The notes beneath the pieces were generated by a model. The model had not been told where the DNA came from, did not search any database, and was given only the letters and a program-made list of their open reading frames with translations. A stretch of 64,000 nt of DNA from Candidatus Bathyarchaeia archaeon (GTDB taxonomy: Archaea; Thermoproteota; Bathyarchaeia; Bathyarchaeales; Bathycorpusculaceae): contig JAVZLM010000002.1 of NCBI GenBank assembly GCA_038883775.1, positions 1 through 64,000 on the forward strand, given 5' to 3'. Shown piece by piece: positions 10,246-18,325 of this stretch. Within the stretch, counting starts at the first letter, position 1. Each line of letters begins with the position of its first letter. The translations under genes and the position numbers were made by a program.

Positions 10246-12054
10246 GTGATAGTTTACATGACAATTTCAGCAGATGACTTATTCAAAATTCCTCTCATAT
10301 ACCATGTTGATCTCGCTTCTGACGGAAAATCCGTTCTCTACTCTTCAAATCCCGCTGGAATACCTCAACTTTACCTTCTAGAAACAAAACCAAACTCTAA
10401 ACCAACGCAAGTTACAAGCGGAAATGACGCTACTATGATTGGGTTTTTATCGCCAACTGGAGATCGCATTCTTTATCTCCAAGACAAGGATGGGAATGAG
10501 CTTCACCACTTGTTTCTGGCATCAAATAAAGGTGAAAATCCTCAGCGGATTACAAAGAATGCCTATAGAACGGTGGGTAGTGCATGGCATCCTAACGGAA
10601 AGGAAGTCATGCGCAGTTACGGAACCAAAGACTCTAGCGGCATCGAAATTTTCAACCTAGAAACTGGCGAGAGCTTTATTTTAAAAGAACAAAAAGCACT
10701 ATTGCTTGGCGCTAAGTATTCTCATGACGGAAAATGGATCGCATGCACTGAGCGAGCTGGTGGTAAAGACCCAAAAAATCTACAAGTTACTGTTTTAAAC
10801 AGGAATGATCCCAGCGATGTAATCAGCTACAAATTCAAAGATGGTTCTAAAGAAGCACAGCCTTCGTGGTCGCCCGATGACAAGAAATTAGCCTTCATAA
10901 GCAATTTAAAAGGCAGAAATCAAGTTGTTATTCAAGAATTTAAAGGCGAAGAACACTTTTTCTTAGATCTTGAAGAAGGAGAAGAAGCAAGTGGCACACA
11001 AGAGATAGGTTGGAGTCCAAAAGGCGACAAAGTATATTACGTTGTGAGTAAATATAGCCGAACGCGCCTATACGAGCATCCATTGGACGGAGAAAAAACT
11101 GCGCTCCCATTTTTAGAAGGAACAATCCATGCGTTTAGAATAAGCAAAGATGGAAAAAGGATAGTAGCCGTCCACTCTTCTATGGCGTCACCTCACAGCC
11201 TCTATCTATACAAAACCGAATCGGGTACTTTAACTCCTCTAACCACAACAGAATGCAAAGTGAATTTAGCTGAACTTTCTAAGCCTAAATCTATATGGTA
11301 TGAGTCGTTTGACGGCTTGAAGATTCACGCTTGGTACTTGCCGGCTGGATGCGGGAAACCTCCCTATCCAGCTGTTGTATGGCCTCATGGAGGCCCTTGG
11401 GCGCAAACCTTTGATGCGTGGTCACCATACTTGCAAGCTCTTTCTCAAAGCGGTTTTGCTGTTCTAGCCCCAAACTTTAGGGGGTCAACGGGGTATGGAG
11501 AAGAATTTCGCAATATGGACATAGGCGATCCTGGCGGCGGAGACTTAGAAGATGTTGTATATGGCGCTAAATGGCTAGCTAAACTAGCTGAAGTTGACAA
11601 ATCCAAAATTGCAATAATTGGTGGCTCTTACGGCGGTTTTATGACCCTAATAGCCCTCACAAAGAAGCCCGAAGTTTTTGCTTCTGGAGTGGCTTTGGTG
11701 CCTGTTGCTGATTGGGTAGAGGAGTATTACATAGAAGATGCCTTCATGCGTAGTGCCGATCATGAACTTTTCGGAGGGACTCTGGAGGAAAAGGAAGAAC
11801 TCTACCGTGATAGGTCTCCAATAACTCATATTGCCAATATTAAAGCACCCGTGCTAATAATTGCAGGAAGACATGACTCCCGATGCCCAATTGAACCAAC
11901 AGAAAAATTTGTCAAAAAACTCAAGGAGATGCATCACCCTCACGAATTCAGAGTACAAGAAAACGAAGGACACGGATTTACAAGGATAAAAGCCGCTATA
12001 GAAGAAGCAAAAACAGCCATAGAATTTCTTAAAAAGACTCTTAAAGTGCACTAG
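10246..12054 (+). CDS. S9 family peptidase (acylaminoacyl-peptidase-like) with beta-propeller
   Basis: PD40-like WSPD repeats; HGGP, NFRGSTGYG, GGSYGG, DSRC and EGHG catalytic motifs. Confidence 0.95.
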   Translation: MIVYMTISADDLFKIPLIYHVDLASDGKSVLYSSNPAGIPQLYLLETKPNSKPTQVTSGNDATMIGFLSPTGDRILYLQDKDGNELHHLFLASNKGENPQRITKNAYRTVGSAWHPNGKEVMRSYGTKDSSGIEIFNLETGESFILKEQKALLLGAKYSHDGKWIACTERAGGKDPKNLQVTVLNRNDPSDVISYKFKDGSKEAQPSWSPDDKKLAFISNLKGRNQVVIQEFKGEEHFFLDLEEGEEASGTQEIGWSPKGDKVYYVVSKYSRTRLYEHPLDGEKTALPFLEGTIHAFRISKDGKRIVAVHSSMASPHSLYLYKTESGTLTPLTTTECKVNLAELSKPKSIWYESFDGLKIHAWYLPAGCGKPPYPAVVWPHGGPWAQTFDAWSPYLQALSQSGFAVLAPNFRGSTGYGEEFRNMDIGDPGGGDLEDVVYGAKWLAKLAEVDKSKIAIIGGSYGGFMTLIALTKKPEVFASGVALVPVADWVEEYYIEDAFMRSADHELFGGTLEEKEELYRDRSPITHIANIKAPVLIIAGRHDSRCPIEPTEKFVKKLKEMHHPHEFRVQENEGHGFTRIKAAIEEAKTAIEFLKKTLKVH

Positions 12055-12065
12055 AAAACCCATTT

Positions 12066-12585
12066 TAGCTTGTTATGGTGTAGTAGTGGCCTTCAGCGTA
12101 GAATATGAACGTTCTGGTTTCATTTGGCGCGAGTAGTATGAATGTTAATTTTATTTGTTGTTGCGGAGTTAGTTCTGCGTATATGTTGTCGTTGCAAAGC
12201 AGCTTTAACGTTACAAGGCCTTCTTAGAGTGGATGGCTGAAACAAGGTATGTACTATCCTTCCAAACGTGCCAAACGCTCAGCTGAAACAGCAGACTAAT
12301 TGTTTGCAGGGAACCACTGCTCCAAAAATTGTACTTTACAGCCGTAATGCCTATGCCTTGACCCCAGTAGGCTGGCTGAATATAAAAAGAGACGTAGGGT
12401 TCAAGCAGTTCATGGGGCGTTACAACGCTAAATGCATCATAGAGATATGACTTGTCAATACTGCTTAAGTTTTGGGCTAGTTGAACAGCAGCGAAAGCAT
12501 CAACAATGCCGTAGCCTCTATCGTTTATGGTGAGCTCGCCTAAATGGTCGTTTAATATTGTCGCCGAATGGTCCAAAATCAACAT
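12066..12585 (-). pseudogene. Decayed C-terminal fragment of a subtilisin (S8)-like secreted protein
   Basis: GYGIVDAFAAV resembles the S8 C-terminal motif; no catalytic N-terminus; frame changes; abuts the tRNA-Phe 3' end. Confidence 0.5.
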
Positions 12586-12587
12586 TC

Positions 12588-12664
12588 TGGTGCCGAGGGC
12601 CGGGTTTGAACCGGCGACAACCCGGTCTTCAGCCGGGCGCTCTCCCAGGCTGAGCTACCTCGGC
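12588..12664 (-). tRNA. tRNA-Phe(GAA), CCA encoded
   Basis: Reverse complement GCCGAGG...CCCGG-CTGAAGA-CCGGG...TTCAAAC...CCTCGGCACCA. Confidence 0.97.
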
Positions 12665-12704
12665 TAATTTTGGAATAACCTCGGAGATTTTTTAACATTT
12701 TGGG

Positions 12705-12856
12705 TTATTTATGTTTTCTGAAGAATAGCCTTCTGTTTTTCGCATATGTATTGGAAGCCTACTTCGAGCAGGGTTTTGATTTCTTCAAGGTTGCGGCGAC
12801 TTTAACTATGAATTTGTCATTGCTTGTGCTCGATTAGTTATTTATATTTCAGTTTT
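12705..12856 (-). pseudogene. Remnant C-terminus of a tyrosine recombinase/integrase
   Basis: Pieces in shifting frames read SNDKFIVKVAAT / LEEIKTLLEVGFQYICEK / LFFRKHK*, resembling the tail of tRNA-associated TACK integrases (recognised from memory). Confidence 0.6.
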
Positions 12857-12901
12857 ACGAGATATAAAGCCTTTAAGTTTCTCAGTGTGTTGTTGATAGT
12901 T

Positions 12902-12983
12902 TGGGGGTACAAGTTTTCTCACTTTCGAGGGGAGAAGGGAGAAAAGGAGAAATTCTTATGAATTTCCCGAACTTGCACCCCCA
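12902..12983. repeat. 14-bp imperfect inverted repeat around a purine-rich spacer
   Basis: TGGGGGTACAAGTT (12902-12915) vs AACTTGCACCCCCA (12970-12983), 13/14 complementary. Confidence 0.6.
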
Positions 12984-13107
12984 GTGTAATCACAAAGTTT
13001 CGTTATAGAAAAAGTTTATGGAACATTGTTTCAGAGTTAGTTCTGATTCGGAATCCTAATTTTTGATACATCGGAAAGGGAAGCATCGTTTAAAAAGTTA
13101 AAATTAA

Positions 13108-13290
13108 ATGGTGTTAAGAGGTGAAACTTTGAAAAAGAAAGAAGCAATAATAAGTGTTGAGTTGGTAGCAGAAAGCGCTGTTGAAGACAATGGACGAATA
13201 GTGCAGGAATTGCTTGATTGGTTCCGAGAAGATGCTATTTATATTCCTTGGGTGAAAGATGTTAAAGAGATTGTTGTAAAGGAGAATTAA
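13108..13290 (+). CDS. Small hypothetical protein (true start may be the TTG after the GAGGTG RBS)
   Basis: ORF with normal composition; strong RBS inside its 5' end. Confidence 0.6.
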   Translation: MVLRGETLKKKEAIISVELVAESAVEDNGRIVQELLDWFREDAIYIPWVKDVKEIVVKEN

Positions 13291-13533
13291 GCTAAAATTT
13301 AAGATAATAGGTTAAGAAATAGCCGATAAAAGCAAAGATAAGAAAGCATAATACCATCAGAAACTTTTCTTTCCTCTCAAATGTTTCCTCACTTTTTGAA
13401 GCGTTCATAAATGGTTCATCTCCACTTTGAGCTTTTTCAGAAGTTTTATGGAAAGATTTTATGAAATGAGAATATTTATTTTGAATTCAATAGCAAAGAT
13501 TATGAGAGTTAGAGAGTAAAATAGGATTTGAAG

Positions 13534-13607
13534 GGGCCTGTGGTCTAGTTGGTTAGGACGTCGCCCTCACGCGGCGAAGGTCCCCGGTTCGAATCCGGGC
13601 AGGCCCA
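13534..13607 (+). tRNA. tRNA-Val(CAC)
   Basis: GGGCCTG/CAGGCCC-A; TCGCC-CTCACGC-GGCGA; TTCGAAT. Confidence 0.97.
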
Positions 13608-13622
13608 CATTTTTAAAATTGT

Positions 13623-13916
13623 TTAATGGAAGAAGTATTCTGTTTTTTCTTCTTGGGGTTCGGAGAATATGGGGCGTTCTTGTTTCTTTTCTTGTTCTTT
13701 TATCCTTTTTTCGAGTTCCATGATTTTTGATTCTAGTTGCTCCACGGCTTCGTGTTTGATTTTGAGGTGTTCTTCTAGTTCTTGGATGGCGAGTTTTTCT
13801 TGCATTATTCTTGCTTTCTCGTCTAGTATTCTTTCTTTTTCTTCTAGTGAGTGAAGTTGAAATTCTAGTTCTGCCCTTTTCTTTTGTAAATCTTCAAGTT
13901 CATGCCATGCGCTCAA
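13623..13916 (-). CDS. Coiled-coil hypothetical protein (TTG start at 13916 preferred to 13937)
   Basis: Continuous E/K/L/Q heptads; GGTG RBS before the TTG. Confidence 0.7.
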   Translation of the reverse strand: MSAWHELEDLQKKRAELEFQLHSLEEKERILDEKARIMQEKLAIQELEEHLKIKHEAVEQLESKIMELEKRIKEQEKKQERPIFSEPQEEKTEYFFH

Positions 13917-14015
13917 TATTTGCACCCAAAATTCCATATTTTTAAGGGAATAATAAGGTTGTGAAGGCAGAATCTGTATTGGGAATTAGAAGGTGAGAGT
14001 TTGATTTTTGTTAAG

Positions 14016-14067
14016 TTTTGTTGTGTCTTTTTGTTGGACATGTACGCAAAAAGATTTATTAAATATT
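14016..14067 (+). promoter_or_regulatory. Conserved promoter block (two TTTTGTTG repeats, BRE/TATA TTTATTAAATA), copy 1
   Basis: 42/52 ungapped identity with 53676-53727. Confidence 0.75.
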
Positions 14068-14085
14068 TGATATACATATGCGCTG

Positions 14086-14457
14086 GTGAACAAAATGGAA
14101 AAAAGCTTAACATCCTTAAAACTTGAAGAGGGCCACCATATTTTCTTTAAATGCAGCGAATGCCATGGAACATTTCAAAAACCGATTTTGGCAACAGTTA
14201 ACTCTCGAGGGTATGCGCAAACATATTATGCGTGTCCACGTTGCCTCACAAAAGTGACTGTAGTAAAGGATTCTAAAGAGAAAAAAGATGAAGACGTTTC
14301 GTCTTCTGTTGGAAAAGTTAAGATGGGTGAGGTTAGGCATGAAGGTGCTGGAGAGTGTAAGCATTTTCTGGGATATTTAAAGAAGCGTCCTAAGGGTACT
14401 TCTATTCCAGATGAGTGTCTAGTATGTGACAAAATGGTTGAATGCCTCATTCATTAA
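14086..14457 (+). CDS. Double zinc-finger hypothetical protein (paralog A)
   Basis: CxxC...YYACPxC, then CxHFLGYL...IPDECLxC...C. Confidence 0.8.
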   Translation: MNKMEKSLTSLKLEEGHHIFFKCSECHGTFQKPILATVNSRGYAQTYYACPRCLTKVTVVKDSKEKKDEDVSSSVGKVKMGEVRHEGAGECKHFLGYLKKRPKGTSIPDECLVCDKMVECLIH

Positions 14458-14502
14458 ACATAAATACTCTGTAAAGGTTTTATTCAGTTCAGTGATTGGT
14501 GC

Positions 14503-15216
14503 GTGCTTCCGCTTAGAGATATTAATAGGTCTTTGACTACTCCTCACGTTAACCGACTAATTCTAATTGCCAATATCGTTATTTTTACAGTATATTGGCT
14601 TTCAAGCAGCAACATTTTCTTAAACTCTAAGTTTGCGGGTGAAATGGAACAAGAATTTGTTATGTTTCCAAGCGAGATAATTTATGGGCAGCGGCTTTAC
14701 ACGCTTTTCACTTCAATGTTTATGCATGCTGGTTGGCTTCATTTGTTGGGTAATATGCTTTTTCTTTATGTTTTTGGGGACAATGTGGAAGATGTTTTTG
14801 GGCATGTTGGTTATATGGGCTTTTATTTGCTTTCTGGGGTGGCTGCAGCGTTCACTCATATTTTAAGCGTCCTTTATGCGCCTTTGATAAGCGAGCTAAC
14901 TGGCATACCCATGTTTTCTGATTTAAGCGCTGGTGTTGTGGGCGCTTCTGGGGCAATTTCTGGAGTTTTAGGCGCCTATTTTATTCTTTATCCAAGGGCT
15001 AAGATTTTGACATTAGTTTTTTATGTTATTTTGCCTTTGCCTGCCTTTGTTTTTTTGGGTTTTTGGTTTTTGTTGCAGTGGTTTTATGGAATTTTTGACA
15101 TTGCTGGCGGAGTTGCTTATTGGGCGCATATTGGCGGATTCCTTGCTGGAATGCTTTTGGCTTTAGTTTTTGGTTTGAAAAGGAAGAAGGCTCGGGAAGC
15201 TCGTTTTCGCTTATGA
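14503..15216 (+). CDS. Rhomboid intramembrane serine protease
   Basis: [22 protein letters not shown]. Confidence 0.95.
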   Translation: MLPLRDINRSLTTPHVNRLILIANIVIFTVYWLSSSNIFLNSKFAGEMEQEFVMFPSEIIYGQRLYTLFTSMFMHAGWLHLLGNMLFLYVFGDNVEDVFGHVGYMGFYLLSGVAAAFTHILSVLYAPLISELTGIPMFSDLSAGVVGASGAISGVLGAYFILYPRAKILTLVFYVILPLPAFVFLGFWFLLQWFYGIFDIAGGVAYWAHIGGFLAGMLLALVFGLKRKKAREARFRL

Positions 15217-15226
15217 CTTGTAAATT

Positions 15227-15294
15227 TTGGGGTCTGTCCGTCATGAGTTCCTCATCTGCATAAATCAGACTGGGACGGCTACATCATCCCCCAA
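15227..15294 (-). ncRNA. Box C/D-like sRNA
   Basis: TTGGGG stem, C ATGATGT, 12-nt guide, D' CTGA, C' ATGAGGA, 12-nt guide, D CAGA, CCCCAA stem. Confidence 0.7.
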
Positions 15295-15312
15295 GGTATA
15301 AACTGAAAACAG

Positions 15313-15654
15313 TCAAATAAGCTTTCTATAAACGCTATCGTCCAAGTTCTTGTAGAGTGCTTTTATTGTCCCAGAAACCATTAACACATGAATGGCTACT
15401 GGCCTGTTTCCAATTTTTGTTATTGATGCTAGGGCGGTTCTAACCATTTTAACAGCTGTATGCGCAGCACGTAAAACAGCAAAACCCTTCTCCATATCAT
15501 AATCAATTAGGGCTAAGCCTGTTTGGCTTGCTCCATATTCCCCATAAAGCTTTGAAATCGCACTCCAAACAGCATCCACAAACTCTTTTGAGCTAAAGGG
15601 CTCGTTAGAATCTATTTTTAAGGCTAAATAGCGCCGCCTCACTTTCTTCAACAA
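15313..15654 (-). CDS. rnp2: RNase P protein Pop5/Rpp14
   Basis: RRRYL...LYGEYG...VSGTIK; conserved context. Confidence 0.92.
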   Translation of the reverse strand: MLKKVRRRYLALKIDSNEPFSSKEFVDAVWSAISKLYGEYGASQTGLALIDYDMEKGFAVLRAAHTAVKMVRTALASITKIGNRPVAIHVLMVSGTIKALYKNLDDSVYRKLI

Positions 15655-16382
15655 TCCTTCCCCTTACGGATTATCTTTATTCCAGGCGCAACAAACGTTG
15701 GGCTGAGATTTTCCCTGTTTCTTTTGACGATTTGTGTTGGATTTTTTGAAACCGCCATTGTGGCTGAAGCTTCATCCAAGTCAAAAAGTGAAGCCAAAGA
15801 AGCCATATCCATCGGCTTTCGCATGAGAAATTCGTCGGAAGCGCCGCTTGAAATGACTATTGGAACATGAAATTTTTGAGCAATTGCTGTTTCCTTTCTT
15901 AAGCTTGAGAGAAGCCTAATCCTCGCCGGACCCTCTAAGGTTAAAAGTGGTTTCATGTCAATTTCAAAGGATGCCAAAGCCTTCGAAGCCAATTCAGCCT
16001 CTGCAGCGTCAAAAAATCGTTGGTGGGGATTAGGGGATGGAAAGTTTAGGAGGTCTACTCGGCGGTCTTTGGCTGCTTGTCTCGCAACGGTTTTGGATTC
16101 GCAAATTACGGCAATTATTTCAAATTTTCTCCTAAGCTTTCTCAGATTGTAAATGAGCTCTTTCGGGGTTCTGGGTTTTAAGTCTATTCTAGAAGCGATG
16201 TCCATTTTGTATTCGCTGCTTATGTTTCGTATTTTATCAATTTCTTCTTCTTTTGCATTTAATGGAAAAGTTATGGCTATTAGGCTGTATCCAAGCTTTG
16301 AGGCTTTACTAATCATGCTAGCAACTTTTTTCAAATCATTAAGGTTTGGGCATAAATGTAAATCAGCATATACTCTTTTCAT
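15648..16382 (-). CDS. rnp3: RNase P protein Rpp30
   Basis: DLH, RRVDLL and ISSGA...MRxP motifs; context. Confidence 0.92.
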   Translation of the reverse strand: MKRVYADLHLCPNLNDLKKVASMISKASKLGYSLIAITFPLNAKEEEIDKIRNISSEYKMDIASRIDLKPRTPKELIYNLRKLRRKFEIIAVICESKTVARQAAKDRRVDLLNFPSPNPHQRFFDAAEAELASKALASFEIDMKPLLTLEGPARIRLLSSLRKETAIAQKFHVPIVISSGASDEFLMRKPMDMASLASLFDLDEASATMAVSKNPTQIVKRNRENLSPTFVAPGIKIIRKGKDC

Positions 16383-16825
16383 GTTAGCAACCCAAATTTT
16401 CTGCAGATTTCAATTATTTCTTCTGGATTATGTTTTTGGAAATGTATTCTGAAGTGGATTGGGTCTGTTGTGCAAAGTTTAACTTCGTTTCGGTAGGCTG
16501 ATTGTTTGTCAATTCTGATGTAAAGGTTTCCTCCTTCTAAATGCTGCCTAATCTCGTTTCTTAAAAGCTCCTTGTCTAAGGGGCTTAAACTGGAAGCTAA
16601 TTTCTTAAAAACCGCCTCAACAGCGCTTTTCTCTTTAACTCTCGCTTCCAAAAGAGTTATGGGGTTTCCATGATGCCCAGTTAAACTTGTCCTTTTAAAT
16701 GTGATTGTGTCAACCAATTCTGCTGGAAGAAAGTTGTGGACAGCGGTTAAAACTTTATCTACCTCTTCTGTGGCGTGGGCGAAAACTCTTATGTCCATAT
16801 ACCCTATCGGAATTTTAGAAGACAA
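16379..16825 (-). CDS. RNA-binding protein (DUF54/COG1325, exosome-superoperon type)
   Basis: HATEE..KV, GHHGNPI, LYIRIDKQ. Confidence 0.88.
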   Translation of the reverse strand: MSSKIPIGYMDIRVFAHATEEVDKVLTAVHNFLPAELVDTITFKRTSLTGHHGNPITLLEARVKEKSAVEAVFKKLASSLSPLDKELLRNEIRQHLEGGNLYIRIDKQSAYRNEVKLCTTDPIHFRIHFQKHNPEEIIEICRKFGLLT

Positions 16826-16857
16826 AACCTCATCACTATTTTCTTTTAAGGCATTTA

Positions 16858-17097
16858 CTAACTTTTAGATTTTCCCTTAGATTTTTTAGGCTTAGGCTTC
16901 TCTTTTTCTATAAAAGCTTTAACAACTTCAACATTCTCCATGTGAACTGTTTTGCGCCTAAAATCCACTGGAATGCCCGCTTTTAGGGCTTCTTTTAGGC
17001 TTATTCCAGCCTTTTTTAGTTCTTCGCGGCTGAAGCCTTTTCCATACCGCTGTTTTCCGCCCTTTTTGAACACCTTGGGCTTAAGTGCCATAATCAT
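16858..17097 (-). CDS. rpl13e: Ribosomal protein eL13 (short archaeal form)
   Basis: RxGKGFSxEELKxAG...GIPVDxRR...ENV. Confidence 0.9.
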   Translation of the reverse strand: MIMALKPKVFKKGGKQRYGKGFSREELKKAGISLKEALKAGIPVDFRRKTVHMENVEVVKAFIEKEKPKPKKSKGKSKS

Positions 17098-17100
17098 GCG

Positions 17101-17679
17101 TTATTTTTCTCCTCTAGCAGCTTTTTTGCTTGGTCTAAGCTTTTCTGCTCCCTTTCCTTTCGTTCTTAAGCCTCTAACCTTTTTGCCAGCGCTTGTTAAG
17201 CCTCTGAAAACTCTTCCGCGATGCTGTTTTTGGGTTATCCAGTTTATGTCTTTGTCTGCTGCTATTGCTGGGTGGTTAGGGTCGACCATTATGACTTCGA
17301 ACCATTTTGAGCGTCCGTCTTCGCCCACCCAGTAAGAGTTTAAAACTTCAAGGTTTGGAAACTTTCTTGCAGCTTTTTCTTCAGCGATTAAGCGCATGCT
17401 TTTAGCTGGTTTAAACTTTTTAACACCCATACGTTTTGGTCTTCTTCCAGCCTTAGGCCTCTTTTTTCGCAGTCCACCCCTTCTCACGCGGACTCGAACT
17501 ATGATAAAGCCTTGTTTTGCCTTGTAGCCTAATTTTCTGGCTCTGTCCAGTCTCGTGGGTTTTTCAACGCGGGTTACTGCTGGTTGTCTGCGCCACTCTA
17601 TTAGCCTTTGACGCATTAGCTCGTCTACGAAGGACTTTTCAGGTTTAGCCCATGCTTCTGCAATATATTTATACGCCAT
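17101..17679 (-). CDS. rpl15e: Ribosomal protein eL15
   Basis: [37 protein letters not shown]. Confidence 0.98.
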   Translation of the reverse strand: MAYKYIAEAWAKPEKSFVDELMRQRLIEWRRQPAVTRVEKPTRLDRARKLGYKAKQGFIIVRVRVRRGGLRKKRPKAGRRPKRMGVKKFKPAKSMRLIAEEKAARKFPNLEVLNSYWVGEDGRSKWFEVIMVDPNHPAIAADKDINWITQKQHRGRVFRGLTSAGKKVRGLRTKGKGAEKLRPSKKAARGEK

Positions 17680-17703
17680 ATTTTCACCTCTCCATTTGTT
17701 TAT

Positions 17704-17750
17704 GGTTCAGCCTTTATGGGGCTACATCCCAGCGGACAATTATCCGCCAG
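17704..17750 (-). promoter_or_regulatory. Structured 5' leader of rpl15e (eL15 r-leader-like)
   Basis: Hairpin GCGGA-TAATTG-TCCGC, then GGGATGTAGCC-loop-GGCTGAACC K-turn-like stem just before the RBS. Confidence 0.65.
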
Positions 17751-17857
17751 TGCTTCTGTTTCATAGCAATTTAGAGTGAAATAAACTTTTCCAATAAAAA
17801 TTTAAACTCGCATTAAAACACGGTCAATCTGCTAAATAATAATTAAGAAAATTGCGT

Positions 17858-18325
17858 CTATTTTTTGTTGGTGGTTACGGTTTCTTCTGCCAACTCTTTT
17901 ACACGAGTTTCTATGAATTCTTTGACTTTCTCTTGGCTGTATTTTTTCTCCTCTTCTTGCTTTTTCAATTGCTCCTTAATTGTTGCCAGAACTTTCGGCA
18001 TGTCAAAAGGTTTTACTATGTAACCGTCTGCTCCTTGGTTTAACGCTTCTATAGCATTTTGCAGTGATGGGTAGCCCGTGATGATTATTTTTCGCATTTT
18101 TGGCACAGTCTCTTTAATTCTTTTTAGGAGTTTTGTGCCTTCCATGTCTGGAAGCCTAATATCTATAAGGGCTAAATTATAGAATTTTCTGTGGGATTTT
18201 CTGATGGCTTCTTTACCATTTGCAGCCGTATCAACGAAGTATCCTTCCTCTTCCAATATTGTTTTTAGAACTTTTCTTATGCCTTCGTCATCGTCGACGA
18301 CAAGGATTCTGGCGCCTCTAACCAT
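17858..18325 (-). CDS. Stand-alone response regulator receiver protein with helical tail
   Basis: ILVVDDD, DIRLPDMEG, ITG, KPF; no DNA-binding output domain. Confidence 0.93.
   Translation of the reverse strand: MVRGARILVVDDDEGIRKVLKTILEEEGYFVDTAANGKEAIRKSHRKFYNLALIDIRLPDMEGTKLLKRIKETVPKMRKIIITGYPSLQNAIEALNQGADGYIVKPFDMPKVLATIKEQLKKQEEEKKYSQEKVKEFIETRVKELAEETVTTNKK

Noticed and set aside
13290-13410. Short hydrophobic minus-strand frame MVLCFLIFAFIGYFLTYYLKF
   Set aside because: Only 21 aa; T-rich DNA gives hydrophobic frames by chance
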